Positions 21,567-31,294 of a DNA stretch of 64,000 nucleotides are shown piece by piece. The stretch's first letter is position 1. Each line of letters begins with the position of its first letter. This stretch comes from Clostridiales bacterium. GTDB taxonomy: Bacteria > Bacillota > Clostridia > Oscillospirales > Acutalibacteraceae. The position numbers were made by a program, and so were the translations under genes. A model generated the notes under the pieces. That model ran no database searches. It was not told the DNA's origin and was given only the letters and a program-made list of their open reading frames with translations. Location of the stretch: the NCBI GenBank assembly GCA_019416455.1, contig DXXG01000025.1, positions 11-64,010 of the forward strand, read 5' to 3'.

Positions 21567-21665
21567 AGCTAAGGTTTTTGGGGGTGTTTTTCTGTTGTTA
21601 TGTCAACTTTGCCCTCCAAAGCTAAGGTTTTAATCCTTAGCTTTACTCCTTTGAGCTAAGGTTTT
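21567..21665. repeat. three direct AGCTAAGGTTTT copies plus one inverted CCTTAGCT (candidate integrase arm/att sites)
   Basis: Direct copies at 21567-21578, 21620-21631 and 21654-21665; inverted copy at 21635-21642. Confidence 0.8.
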
Positions 21666-23104
21666 ATGATCTCAAGAAGCTGGCTGAGAACCTCCGGATG
21701 GTCCAAAATTTTCTTGAGTAGCGCTTGAGTATCCTGGGGTACTTCAGTGTTTCCATCTTTTTGAGAGCCTTTTTCCATCTTCTCAGCGATGTCAACTTGG
21801 TCTTGGTCGTAGGCTCTGGAATAACGGATCACCATATCAGGTTCGGCCCAGCCTCCTGCTCGCATAACCGCCTTCACGTTCCCATTTGAGACTTGGAGTT
21901 TTTTGGTTGCGCTGGCTGCGCGAACACTGTGAAAAACTACTTTGTCTAATTTGTTTTCCGGAACGCTGGTAAACCTGAATCCATTTTCCCTCATTTCCAC
22001 AATGACATCCTTAAACCTCTTGTTGAGCTGCTCTGGCATCATGGGACGCCCATTCGGTTGGCAAACAATAAGCTGATTGTCCTGATAGTCCCCGCCAAAA
22101 ACATCCTCTATCATCGTTTCCTGCATTGCTTTCATTTGATTAAGTTTTTCCACCATCAAATGGTTTAAAGCACAGTAACGTTCTGTGGATTCTGTTTTTG
22201 GTGCTTTTAGAACAAGCTTTGTGCGATTGTACGGGTTCATTGCGGGGAAGGTATAGTAGATCTTCATTTTGGGAAGTTGAAGATTTTTCTTGTCTATACG
22301 AGCAAGCGCTTTGTAGATATGCAGCGTCCTCTCTTCCGAGCTATAGTCTTTCCATTGCAATGCCACGACTTCTCCGCCTCGAGTGGTGCAGTAATACTGG
22401 ATGCAAAGAGCAAGATGTAAAGTAAACCGTTCATAGTCCTCGGGTTCGTCTGTGTAATTTAGGATTTTTTCAAACTCCTCAGGAGAAAATGCCGGACGTT
22501 CCTTTTCTTTGTATTCGGGCAGGTCAGCATCAAGGAACGGATTTTGCTGGATGTATTTCCACCGTTTTGCCTGATTGAAAGCTGTACGAAGAATCTTGTG
22601 TATATCCTGAACTAGCGAAGGTGTGACATACTTCTTCTCCGTTTGAGAACGGCGTGTAGCGCTCCTTGACCCAACTAACTCAACCTTCGTGACTAAGAAG
22701 GTATAAAAATCGTCGATCATTTTGGTCGTGATATCGACGATTTTGTGTTGTCCAAAGTAGGGATAAACGTAGTTGTTCATCAGAGCCTGTGAGCAGGCAT
22801 AATACGCCGCTCCCCAATGCTTAGAACCGTACTGAACGATGAATTCATCCATAAACTCCGCAAGTGTAGCGTCGTAGATCGGACCGGTTTTGCTTGCGTT
22901 GGATGCAAACAGTGTGGCTTCAGCAGCAGCCAACTTTCGTTGAGCACGGCGGTGTTCACGCCACTTTTTCTCCTCAGCGTTTTTCTTGGCGCGCAGTTTT
23001 TCCGCCTGTGTCTTTGTAAGACCTGATTTCATAACGGAATGCCTGTCATCGCCTTCATAATAAATGACTGCATATTTACCGTTCCTGGAAATAATACTGG
23101 CCAT
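21656..23104 (-). CDS. tyrosine integrase (482 aa) adjacent to the tRNA-Gly 3' end
   Basis: MASIISRNGKYAVIYY..., ...HSVRAASATK... and MVIRYSRAY. Confidence 0.9.
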   Translation of the reverse strand: MASIISRNGKYAVIYYEGDDRHSVMKSGLTKTQAEKLRAKKNAEEKKWREHRRAQRKLAAAEATLFASNASKTGPIYDATLAEFMDEFIVQYGSKHWGAAYYACSQALMNNYVYPYFGQHKIVDITTKMIDDFYTFLVTKVELVGSRSATRRSQTEKKYVTPSLVQDIHKILRTAFNQAKRWKYIQQNPFLDADLPEYKEKERPAFSPEEFEKILNYTDEPEDYERFTLHLALCIQYYCTTRGGEVVALQWKDYSSEERTLHIYKALARIDKKNLQLPKMKIYYTFPAMNPYNRTKLVLKAPKTESTERYCALNHLMVEKLNQMKAMQETMIEDVFGGDYQDNQLIVCQPNGRPMMPEQLNKRFKDVIVEMRENGFRFTSVPENKLDKVVFHSVRAASATKKLQVSNGNVKAVMRAGGWAEPDMVIRYSRAYDQDQVDIAEKMEKGSQKDGNTEVPQDTQALLKKILDHPEVLSQLLEIIKP

Positions 23105-23169
23105 TACAGATCACCTCCACGTATTAATGCATGGTGACCTGTCAAGTAAATGTGGTTAGTCATATGCTT

Positions 23170-23511
23170 TCATTCCTCCGTATCAAATGCTTCGGAATCC
23201 AGCCATGCGTCAAAAGAGGACTTTGAAACCCGGATACTTCTTCCAACGTGGACGATTTTGAAATATCCCGAGTGACACAGCTCATAAGCTTTCTTTCTGC
23301 TGATATCAAGTATCGACATGATTTCAGCAACTGTGTACGTCCTTTTGTCTGCAGGTGGATTATGGATTGAGTTTACATGTCCGATCGGAAAAACCTCCTT
23401 TCTTTCAATCGGACGACAGAGGAATCCAGCCTTCTGCAATAGCAATTTCATTATAGTACAGCTGAATCCAGTAATCAATCCGAAGGAGCGTAACCGCTGA
23501 AGATTCATCAC
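23170..23511 (-). CDS. excisionase-type helix-turn-helix DNA-binding protein (start uncertain)
   Basis: YTVAEIMSILDISRKKAYELCHSGYFKIVHVGRSIRVSKSSFDAWL. Several possible starts; the real protein is probably shorter than 113 aa. Confidence 0.75.
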   Translation of the reverse strand: MMNLQRLRSFGLITGFSCTIMKLLLQKAGFLCRPIERKEVFPIGHVNSIHNPPADKRTYTVAEIMSILDISRKKAYELCHSGYFKIVHVGRSIRVSKSSFDAWLDSEAFDTEE

Positions 23512-23780
23512 CTGCTGCCTGTAGCTACCAGGCCATAGAGTGTTTCTCTCCCCGCATGCTGATGCCGGGCCGCCCGATGCTGTGAGGCGTCCAAGGCGGA
23601 AGTACCATTATAGTCGGCTGGGTCATTGCGTCCCGCAGGCGCCCCCGCGATTTGATTGCCTTCTTCAAGGCACCGCTCTCCAGCCGGGGATGTGACAGGT
23701 TGTTATTGTTTTTTCAAGGTGCTTTGTGAATGCCTTCATATATAAGAACAGTGATATTTCACGATTTCTATCACATAATG

Positions 23781-23816
23781 ATTATTTTTTAAAAAAACAC
23801 TGGCAGAGCTCCGCCA
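23781..23816. terminator. bidirectional hairpin terminator
   Basis: A7-CACTGGCAGAGCTCCGCCAGTG-T6. Confidence 0.75.
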
Positions 23817-23970
23817 GTGTTTTTTCATCTCCAAATGTAGATCAAAATGGAAGATAAATGGGATTCCTGGAACTATGCAATATCCCCCTACACACTCTGT
23901 GTGGAGCGGAGGGGGGGACGTTGCCTTCTTTTTATCACACTCCTTCGTTTATGTATGGGCAGAGATCTTT

Positions 23971-24171
23971 TTAATCCATAAACTTGGCAAACTTAGGAAT
24001 TGCTTGGAAAAGTTTCAGAAGAATCTCCTGCCTGAGGTCTTCATCTAATTTTCCATTTACATAGCTGGCGTGGTTGATCATGGGTTTATATAAGATCAGA
24101 AGTTGTTCAATGGCAGTATGATCTCCCTGTACAGCCTTTTTCAGTACAGCATGAAATTGCAGATCGTTCAT
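23971..24171 (-). CDS. small Tn916 orf8-like helix-turn-helix protein
   Basis: MNDLQFHAVLKKAVQGDHTAIEQLLILYKPMI... ATG overlaps the stop of the upstream gene. Confidence 0.7.
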   Translation of the reverse strand: MNDLQFHAVLKKAVQGDHTAIEQLLILYKPMINHASYVNGKLDEDLRQEILLKLFQAIPKFAKFMD

Positions 24172-24533
24172 CTTTTTCCTCCCAATTGGTTCCGCAAACG
24201 CTTCAGTGCTCTCGATTTTCGACAATAGATTTGCTGGACAGAGCAATGTAGATATTCAGCAGTCTCTTGTGGAGTCATTTCCTTAACCAAAAGCAGGAAC
24301 AGCACCTCTTGGTATGCCCTGGGCAGGGATTGATAGGCCTCTGCCAAGGCATCCCAATGAAAGTTAAAACTCCTCCCGAGGTATTCTTCCTGAAAAGGAG
24401 CCATTCTGAACCAGTCAGGGTATGATTGTCGTTTCTCGGTTTTCCAAAGGTAGTCGGTTACAACGTTTTTGATGGTCGATTGTAGGAACCGCGTGAATTT
24501 TCCACGCAAGGGGTCATTTCCTGTATTTTGCAT
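24168..24533 (-). CDS. sigma-70 region-4-like protein (Tn916 orf7-like)
   Basis: ...YQEVLFLLLVKEMTPQETAEYLHCSVQQIYCRKSRALKRLR. Confidence 0.75.
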   Translation of the reverse strand: MQNTGNDPLRGKFTRFLQSTIKNVVTDYLWKTEKRQSYPDWFRMAPFQEEYLGRSFNFHWDALAEAYQSLPRAYQEVLFLLLVKEMTPQETAEYLHCSVQQIYCRKSRALKRLRNQLGGKR

Positions 24534-24879
24534 GATTCATGCCTCCTGGCCATGCCATCCCAGCAAGTGAGACAGCATGCCAAGATGGCATGGCAAAGTA
24601 TGGGGTAGTATATCTTGGGCAGGGCCCATTAGATGCCCATGGGAATCACCCCCTTTCCAGAATAAAATTAAAGAACGGAAGGAAATAGGCTTCCTTCCGT
24701 TCTTTTGTCTGAAAATGGCACATACTTGCACTAGGTACCAGCGCAAGAATAAATTTAATTTTTCTCTTTCGTTCGCCGGTCCCTTAAAAGAAGAGGGACA
24801 ATTTACAATGTTTCGGGGCGAAACTTTACATCTGTAGCTCCTCTCCGATCTGAAACAACGGCTAGTCAACATCTTACGC

Positions 24880-25215
24880 TTACGTTTGTACTTCTTCGAT
24901 GAGGTCCATAAGTCTCTCAATCATTTCGCAAGCCAAATGTCGGGAATGCAGTTCCATGCGATTCAGCCTTGTTTCAATTTTCCTCATATAATAAATTTCT
25001 GGACAGTCCAGGGAATCATGCAGCAACTGGTCAGGAGTTACACTGAGCAAGTTTGCGATTCGGATCACTGCTTCCAAACTGGGCTTGGAGCGCCCATTCT
25101 CTAGTGAACCAATATATGTGTGTGAATACGCAGAGAGCTCCGCTAGTTGTGCCTGCGTCAGTTCCTTTTGTTTGCGATAAAATTGGATGTTTTTTCCAAG
25201 CAGCCAATAATCCAT
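24880..25215 (-). CDS. XRE-family HTH regulator
   Basis: IQFYRKQKELTQAQLAELSAYSHTYIGSLENGRSKPSLEAV. Confidence 0.9.
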   Translation of the reverse strand: MDYWLLGKNIQFYRKQKELTQAQLAELSAYSHTYIGSLENGRSKPSLEAVIRIANLLSVTPDQLLHDSLDCPEIYYMRKIETRLNRMELHSRHLACEMIERLMDLIEEVQT

Positions 25216-25331
25216 TTACATCGTCCCCTTATCTTTATTGTAGTGAAACAAAAGCCAAGAATAAAGAAACTGTAAATGGAGTTTATGTATAAATAGTTTG
25301 TATTATCCTTTTTCAAGCTGTTTTTTTATGC

Positions 25332-25685
25332 TTATAGGAACAAATCCAGATTTTCTACCATTTCTGAGATATCCTGATCAATTTTATCGCTCTGAGAGAG
25401 TTCCGGTTTTTCAGGAATAGCCGACAGTGAGCCCAGCTTTTCCTCCACCATCTCTCGCACAATTTCTTCCAGCTGTTTTCGACTTAGAGTGGACTGCTGC
25501 TCAATTTTGATCCGTACCTCCGTGGTTTCCCACTGGGGATGCCGGTCCAGGTACTCATTTATAGCGGCAACCACCAGGTTGCTTTTCCGTTTTCCCAGCT
25601 TCTCCAGCAGCTCCCCCACGCGGATGCGCTCCTTTGTATCAGCCGGAAACTGCAGATTGAAACGGTATGCTCCATTCTTTTTCAT
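25332..25685 (-). CDS. ParR-like centromere-binding (RHH-type) partner of ParM
   Basis: 117 aa, immediately downstream of and overlapping parM. N-terminus YRFNLQFPADTKERIRVGELLEKLGKRKSNLVVAAINEYL. Confidence 0.55.
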   Translation of the reverse strand: MKKNGAYRFNLQFPADTKERIRVGELLEKLGKRKSNLVVAAINEYLDRHPQWETTEVRIKIEQQSTLSRKQLEEIVREMVEEKLGSLSAIPEKPELSQSDKIDQDISEMVENLDLFL

Positions 25686-26587
25686 GCTCGAAGCTGGTGG
25701 GCTGCCAGCATTTCATACCCAATAGCGTTGGCTTTGGGATCTTCCACAAAGTCAGCCTTGGCCACCATGGGGGAACCCTCCAACAGGGGGCGGAATAGAC
25801 TGCTGCCTCCTCCGATAAAAATAGCAGGATTCGTACGCAAGTCTACGCCCAACTCACGCAATTGATCCAGGATGTCTTTGGCGTGTGTTTTGGCTGCCTC
25901 TTGGATGGCGTCTTTTACCTGTTGGGGCAGAATCGTATCTCTTCCCAGCAGAACGTCACTGATAAGCTCGTCGTCCACCATCATGTCATATTGGGCGTTG
26001 ATTTTCCCAATGATCTCGTTATCCATAGTGATGACACCACTCTCCAGACTGCGGCAAAATTGCAGGTCTGGTCTTCCGTTACGGAGGAGCAACACGTCGG
26101 TGGTAAAACCGCCAATATCCACGATAAACACTCGAGATGTTTTCAAAAGTTTCCCACTCTGGGGGATCACCGCAGCATAGGCCTGAGGATAAACCACTAC
26201 CCGAGAAATGTCCAGGTTAATGGGTTGATCCTTGTAAGTGAACTTCACAACACCCCGTCGAAAGTATTGGGCAAACTTATCTCGGAGCATCCCATAATGC
26301 TCGGGCGGAAGCCCTACTGCTAAATCAATCTTCTCGAACGGAAGCAGCAATCCCTGACGTTCCAGTTCTCGGCCAATAGCGAACAGCGTGAGGACAAAAA
26401 ACCGGTTGTCGCGGGTCTTGTCCCTCATGTAAGGCAGTCGCTTGCCGGACAGTGTCCAGTAGCTGCCCCCGTACTCCATCACTTCTTCCGACATGGGCGG
26501 TTTAACTTTGTGCTCCGAAAGGCCGGAGAGAAATGAAGTGTGGGGTGTTTTAATGGCATAGTTGCCATGGTCAATTGCGATGATCAT
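25682..26587 (-). CDS. parM: ParM/StbA-family actin-like segregation ATPase
   Basis: MIIAIDHGNYAIKT..., IVDIGGFTTDVLLL and AIFIGGGSSL. ATG at 26587, behind AGGAGG. Confidence 0.85.
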   Translation of the reverse strand: MIIAIDHGNYAIKTPHTSFLSGLSEHKVKPPMSEEVMEYGGSYWTLSGKRLPYMRDKTRDNRFFVLTLFAIGRELERQGLLLPFEKIDLAVGLPPEHYGMLRDKFAQYFRRGVVKFTYKDQPINLDISRVVVYPQAYAAVIPQSGKLLKTSRVFIVDIGGFTTDVLLLRNGRPDLQFCRSLESGVITMDNEIIGKINAQYDMMVDDELISDVLLGRDTILPQQVKDAIQEAAKTHAKDILDQLRELGVDLRTNPAIFIGGGSSLFRPLLEGSPMVAKADFVEDPKANAIGYEMLAAHQLRA

Positions 26588-26837
26588 AGTCAATTCCTCC
26601 TGAAATTTGGACTTTGTCTGTATTACACTGGTGCTGTGCGCTTTTTGCAACCCAATGCGTGTTCATTTAACCTGTTTTCATAAATCGGAGATGGCGCCCA
26701 CCTAGGCTCCCGCTCTGGCAACACCTCCTTGTTGTTTCGCAGCCTGCGTTCGCTGATAAACTGTGAACCAAACTGCAATGTTACCCATTTGAACAATGGG
26801 CAAAAGAAAAAGGCGGATTTCTCCGCCTTTCCCTCAT

Positions 26838-27878
26838 TCACTTTGGGCCGCATAAGCAGCCCCAGATGTAATCATCCAATCCCTTGTAGCGGGGGTCCCA
26901 CAAGTAGGTGCTGTAGGGAATCCCGCTCTGTTCCAATAAGTCGTTTAAGTTTTTCTGCCCGTTTTGTACATGGGGATTGGTCAGATAATCCATGTCAAAG
27001 GCAGTCACGATTTTCTCCATTCCCGCTGCTCTCAACTCTTCCAGGACAGGCTTTAGCTGGGACAGAGAATTTACCCCAGCAACTGCCAGTACAGTCTGCC
27101 CAGTGAGGAAGTGAATCACATCGGCTTTCAAGGGACCCTCTGTCAAAATGACAAGAGGCCTTGGATCCCCTGCAAGATGAACCCAAGTCTTTGCGCCGCA
27201 GCCTTCCTCTAACTCGGCACTGGACAGCCAGCGGAACTTTCGTTTTTCTGCGTTGTCCAGGCGGATTTGTAGCCCTTGAATGCGGCCAGCTATATCACGT
27301 ACAGGGATGAGAATTCCCCTGCCGGGAAACTGAATGGTCCATTGGCCTCGTTTTTTGTAGAAACCTGGGACCCCCTCGAGATACAAACCTGCATCCCTCA
27401 GACGCTTTGCCAAGGAGGAAAAGCCCAATACTGGGGTGGTCTTGTATCCCAGCCGCAGGATCTCCTCTTCTCTCAGCCCGCGGGAAAACAAATTCTGCCG
27501 GTGGTCCGAAGCAAGTGTCAGACCTTTCAGCAGGGCCGAATACGTCGCATGGCGCTCCTCAATGCCGGTAAGAGGACTTTCTTCCACTTTCGGCAGCTTT
27601 GGCTTGGGGACATGGCAAGGTATCTTTTTCCGTGCCAGGAGTTCTTTCAACGCTTCCTCCCGGGAAACTCGGGCGTAATAGGCGTAAAGATCCAGCACTC
27701 CGCCTGAAAATCCGCACCGAGGACATCGAAACACATCCTTGTGCAGGTTGATGTTCAGATGTTTCCCCTTGGGTTTGTCATCACAGCAGGGGCAGGGAAT
27801 GTTATAGTTGCTCTTCCCAGCGGGAGGGGTGGGCAGCCCCAACAGGGGGATGATGTCGGTCATGTGAAAATACTCCAT
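26838..27878 (-). CDS. zinc-finger plus TOPRIM primase-like protein
   Basis: CPCCDDKPKGKHLNINLHKDVFRCPRCGFSG (zinc-binding motif) and ...LVILTEGPLKADV (TOPRIM-like). Confidence 0.75.
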   Translation of the reverse strand: MEYFHMTDIIPLLGLPTPPAGKSNYNIPCPCCDDKPKGKHLNINLHKDVFRCPRCGFSGGVLDLYAYYARVSREEALKELLARKKIPCHVPKPKLPKVEESPLTGIEERHATYSALLKGLTLASDHRQNLFSRGLREEEILRLGYKTTPVLGFSSLAKRLRDAGLYLEGVPGFYKKRGQWTIQFPGRGILIPVRDIAGRIQGLQIRLDNAEKRKFRWLSSAELEEGCGAKTWVHLAGDPRPLVILTEGPLKADVIHFLTGQTVLAVAGVNSLSQLKPVLEELRAAGMEKIVTAFDMDYLTNPHVQNGQKNLNDLLEQSGIPYSTYLWDPRYKGLDDYIWGCLCGPK

Positions 27879-27908
27879 GTTTCCTCCTTTCCAGGGCTGC
27901 CCCTACGT

Positions 27909-28622
27909 TTATGAAGTTGTCTGTCCCTGGGCATATTCGCAGAGCAGTTTGGCCGCCGCTGCGGCCTGTGGAGAAACTGTTTGCTTGTTTGCCACCCAAA
28001 CGATTGCCCCGGGATCAATGGTGAGCATATCTCCCAGCGTCCTACCCTTGTATTTAGAAATGGGGCAGGGAACACTCATAGCTCGCTGCAGTTGTTCCTC
28101 TAGGCTGGGTTCTTCTGTCCTGGGTTCCTCTACCTGATGGGTGGTTTCCACAGCCTCAGCCAGAGAAGATTCCTCCTGGGGAACCGACTCCTGAGAAGCC
28201 TTCTCCGAAAAATCCTCACCTGCCGCGCCAAACTGTAGGCCGAAGCCCGCGTTTCGCAAGGCGACTCCTACGGCTGCAGTCTGTGCCCACTCTCTGGGAG
28301 ATACAGAAGGATGGGCTGGATCAGCTCCCCGGGAGGCGGTAGCCTCGGCCAGGTAGCACTCAAGCCCGTCCCTGTAGTCGGGATAGATCCGGGCCCTCGC
28401 CACAAAACCATCTTTAGCGGGGGTTACATCCACAGCGATGCGGCCTTCCGGATACTTTAACCGAAACCAGGCCATCTGGATCATTACGGGAAGACGCTTA
28501 CGTACTTCCCCAGTGTTCATGTCGGTATACTCCACCGCAAAGGCAGCGGGGTCAAATCCTTCCACTCGGTTGATCTCACAGAGTTTTCGGAACTGTTCCT
28601 CTTTGTTCTCAAGGTTATTCAT
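27909..28622 (-). CDS. putative Rad52/Sak-like single-strand annealing protein
   Basis: LPVMIQMAWFRLKYPEGRI...AQTAAVGVALRNAGFGLQFG pattern, next to exonuclease and helicase genes. Family assignment is by pattern only. Confidence 0.5.
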   Translation of the reverse strand: MNNLENKEEQFRKLCEINRVEGFDPAAFAVEYTDMNTGEVRKRLPVMIQMAWFRLKYPEGRIAVDVTPAKDGFVARARIYPDYRDGLECYLAEATASRGADPAHPSVSPREWAQTAAVGVALRNAGFGLQFGAAGEDFSEKASQESVPQEESSLAEAVETTHQVEEPRTEEPSLEEQLQRAMSVPCPISKYKGRTLGDMLTIDPGAIVWVANKQTVSPQAAAAAKLLCEYAQGQTTS

Positions 28623-29083
28623 TTCTTGTTTGTCTCCTCTCCAATGGGGACATAGGTATTGCGAAGCTGCACCCACGCCACTAGAACTGTGCTGACCATG
28701 GCGGTGATGCTTTTCCGATACTGCTCAGGGCTTTTCGCCTGGAAACTGGAAAAGCGCTTCCGGCAGTCAGTTACAACCTTGCTCAGGTTTTCTCCAGCGA
28801 CCTTTCGTTGGGCCTTTCTCTGATCCTGGGCAGGAAGGCCAAAGGCGTGCTCCCTCCCGGCACAGAACAGCACAGCATCCACCAGCTGATAGTGTCCGAT
28901 CAGTTCCCGGGTATCGGTGGTAACCGGGGCAGTCTTGCACAGCATTTGGCAGGTTTCCAGCACCTGAATCCGGTACAGGAGCTCCTGGTAGACCATGGAA
29001 TCTCCAAGAGTCATTTTTCCTGCCTGGAGCAGGGGACCAAAGCTCAGTTTACGGTTGTTGTAATCATCAAGATAGGTTGCCAT
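28619..29083 (-). CDS. hypothetical protein
   Basis: ATG at 29083 behind GAGAGGAG; translationally coupled to the downstream gene. Confidence 0.6.
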   Translation of the reverse strand: MATYLDDYNNRKLSFGPLLQAGKMTLGDSMVYQELLYRIQVLETCQMLCKTAPVTTDTRELIGHYQLVDAVLFCAGREHAFGLPAQDQRKAQRKVAGENLSKVVTDCRKRFSSFQAKSPEQYRKSITAMVSTVLVAWVQLRNTYVPIGEETNKK

Positions 29084-29102
29084 TGTGTTTCTCCTCTCGC
29101 AG

Positions 29103-31274
29103 TTACTGTAGCTGATCCAAGATCCGTCTGGCCAGCTGGGTGTTTCTACGTTCCGTATCCGTTCGCCGAATTGCCATGCACAAGGCTTTTCTTTCTCCAA
29201 CCAGGATCACCCGTTTTTTCGCCCGGGTGATGGCGGTATAGAGCAGAGGCCGGTTGAGCATGACTGTATGGGCCATCTGAATACTGATAATGACCGAGTC
29301 ATATTCGGACCCTTGGCTTTTGTGGACGGTGGTGGCATAGGCCAGGTCTAACAGCTCCAGTTGAGAGTTGTCATACTCCATGACACGTCCATCGCCAAAG
29401 TCCACGGTTACTAGGAAATCGCTGTCCTCATGGGTGATGGCGGTAATTGTCCCCCTGTCGCCATTGCTCACGTCTTCTTTGTTGCGAATCTGCATGACCT
29501 TGTCTCCTGGGCGAAATAGCCGTTTCCCGTGAGAAACCTCCGGTTTTCCCGGAGTTTTGGGGTTGATCCATTCTCGCAATTTGGGATTTAGGGTGTTTAC
29601 TCCAGTTTCCGTCTTTTTCCGAAATGGGGAAAGCAGCGCTACATTGTCCACTCCAAATCGGCTTACCTCTCGAAGGTAGAGCTCTTCGATCATGCCTGCG
29701 GAGTATTCAATGTTTGCGCTTTCGATAAACTGGAAATCATTGCCATACTCAAGGTGCAAGTTACCCGCTCGAATCAAGGCGGCATTCATGGCGATGTGGC
29801 TGTCCGCGTCCTGCCGGTAAATCTTGGTCAGGCGCACCACCGGAATCTGGCCACAGGCAAGCATTTCTCGCAGGACCGCCCCTGGTCCCACGCTGGGCAG
29901 TTGGTCGGCATCTCCCACAAGAACCAACTGGCATCCCTGTTTCAAGGAACGAAACAGGTTTTCCGCAAGGTAGATGTCCAGCATGGACACCTCGTCCACC
30001 AGGACCAAGTCGGCATCCATGGGTTCTGGTTCCGAATAAGTGCCGTCTTCGCCGGCCATCAGCTTTAGTACCTTGTGGATGGTAGCAGCCTCTACGCCGG
30101 TGGATTCCTCCATCCGGCGTGCTGCCCGTCCCGTGGGAGCGCAGCACTGCACGGTGTTTTGTGGATGAAGTTTTTTGTACAGGGCCAATAGGGCCTTTTG
30201 CGTCAAGGTTTTGCCAGTGCCGGGACCACCAGTGAGAATGGTCATCGGGTGACAGACTGCGGTAAGCACCGCCTTGCGCTGCTGATCGTTGAGAGTCAAT
30301 CCCAACTCTTCCTCTACCGAGGACAATTTCTGAGATAGAGATTCGTCAACTGGTAGCGCTTTTTTCTGAAGCAACGCTGCCACCCACTGGGCCAATTTTC
30401 CCTCTGCCCGGGCAGCAGGCCATCGGTATACCCATTTGTGGTAGGTAACCAGCTTGTTTCCTTCCACCAGCCGTCCGGCTCGCACTGCGGCCATGGTTTC
30501 GGTCAGACCATCCGTACGCAGCAACTTTAAGGACTTCTGAAGTAAATCGGTCTTTTCCAGACACAGATGCCCCTGCTGCTCCGCTTCTTGAAGGATGTGA
30601 AGCAAAGCAGCGTCCACGCGTTCCGGAGAGCGGGGATCCAGCCCCAGACTACGGGCAATCTGATCGGCGGTGAGAAATCCTATACCCGCCACCTCGCAAA
30701 GCCGGTAGGGATGGTGCCGCAGAATGTCCATGCTTTCCTTTCCAAAGGCCTGATAGACCTTCACTGCCCGATTGGGTGTAATCCCATGGGGCACAAGAAA
30801 ACCCACCACATCTCGAGCACCACGGTTGGCCAGGTAGGATTCCTGGATCTTTTTCAACTTTCCCTCACTGATTCCGGGAATAGACAGCAGTCGTTCCGGT
30901 TCTTCGTCCAAGACACGAAGAGTGTCTGTTCCAAAGACGGAAAAGATTTTTTCCGCTGTTTTGCGTCCAACTCCTTTAATTTGGCCGGAGGCCAGGTAGC
31001 CCACAACACCTTCTTTCGTGGGTGTAATAATCTCCTGATAATCCTCTACTTCGAATTGGACGCCGTACTTGCCATCGCGGGCCCAGTGGCCTGTGAGTTC
31101 ATAGGAAAGATTTTCCGCCGTAGGGAGGAAAAAACCTACAGCCTTTACTTCCGTCACAGGATGGCCAGAGGAGTCCCGCAGCTTTTCACAGGGCTGATAC
31201 AGCACAATGCGGTAACCGGTGTCTTTTGCCGGTGGGCTTTTGGGATAAATGAGCCGTTTGAACTTACACAGCAA
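29103..31274 (-). CDS. RecD2-like SF1 DNA helicase
   Basis: 723 aa. HhH region, TGGPGTGKT, LVLVDEVSMLD, VLVGDADQLPSV and ATTVHKSQGSEY. TTG start behind AAAGGAG. Confidence 0.9.
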   Translation of the reverse strand: MLCKFKRLIYPKSPPAKDTGYRIVLYQPCEKLRDSSGHPVTEVKAVGFFLPTAENLSYELTGHWARDGKYGVQFEVEDYQEIITPTKEGVVGYLASGQIKGVGRKTAEKIFSVFGTDTLRVLDEEPERLLSIPGISEGKLKKIQESYLANRGARDVVGFLVPHGITPNRAVKVYQAFGKESMDILRHHPYRLCEVAGIGFLTADQIARSLGLDPRSPERVDAALLHILQEAEQQGHLCLEKTDLLQKSLKLLRTDGLTETMAAVRAGRLVEGNKLVTYHKWVYRWPAARAEGKLAQWVAALLQKKALPVDESLSQKLSSVEEELGLTLNDQQRKAVLTAVCHPMTILTGGPGTGKTLTQKALLALYKKLHPQNTVQCCAPTGRAARRMEESTGVEAATIHKVLKLMAGEDGTYSEPEPMDADLVLVDEVSMLDIYLAENLFRSLKQGCQLVLVGDADQLPSVGPGAVLREMLACGQIPVVRLTKIYRQDADSHIAMNAALIRAGNLHLEYGNDFQFIESANIEYSAGMIEELYLREVSRFGVDNVALLSPFRKKTETGVNTLNPKLREWINPKTPGKPEVSHGKRLFRPGDKVMQIRNKEDVSNGDRGTITAITHEDSDFLVTVDFGDGRVMEYDNSQLELLDLAYATTVHKSQGSEYDSVIISIQMAHTVMLNRPLLYTAITRAKKRVILVGERKALCMAIRRTDTERRNTQLARRILDQLQ

Positions 31275-31294
31275 GGTGTTCTCCTTTCTCCGGC

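Noticed and set aside
21142-21633. 163-aa ORF spanning tRNA-Gly
   Set aside because: It reads through the tRNA, its promoter and its terminator, so it is not coding.
23536-23562. TCTCTCCCCGCATGC, resembling the CRISPR repeat core (CCCCGCATGC): a possible orphan repeat or mini-array in the mobile element
   Set aside because: Only a match of about 10-11 nt in GC-rich DNA. There is no second half of the stem (GCGGGG), no GTGATCC tail and no periodicity. Chance similarity is the simpler explanation.
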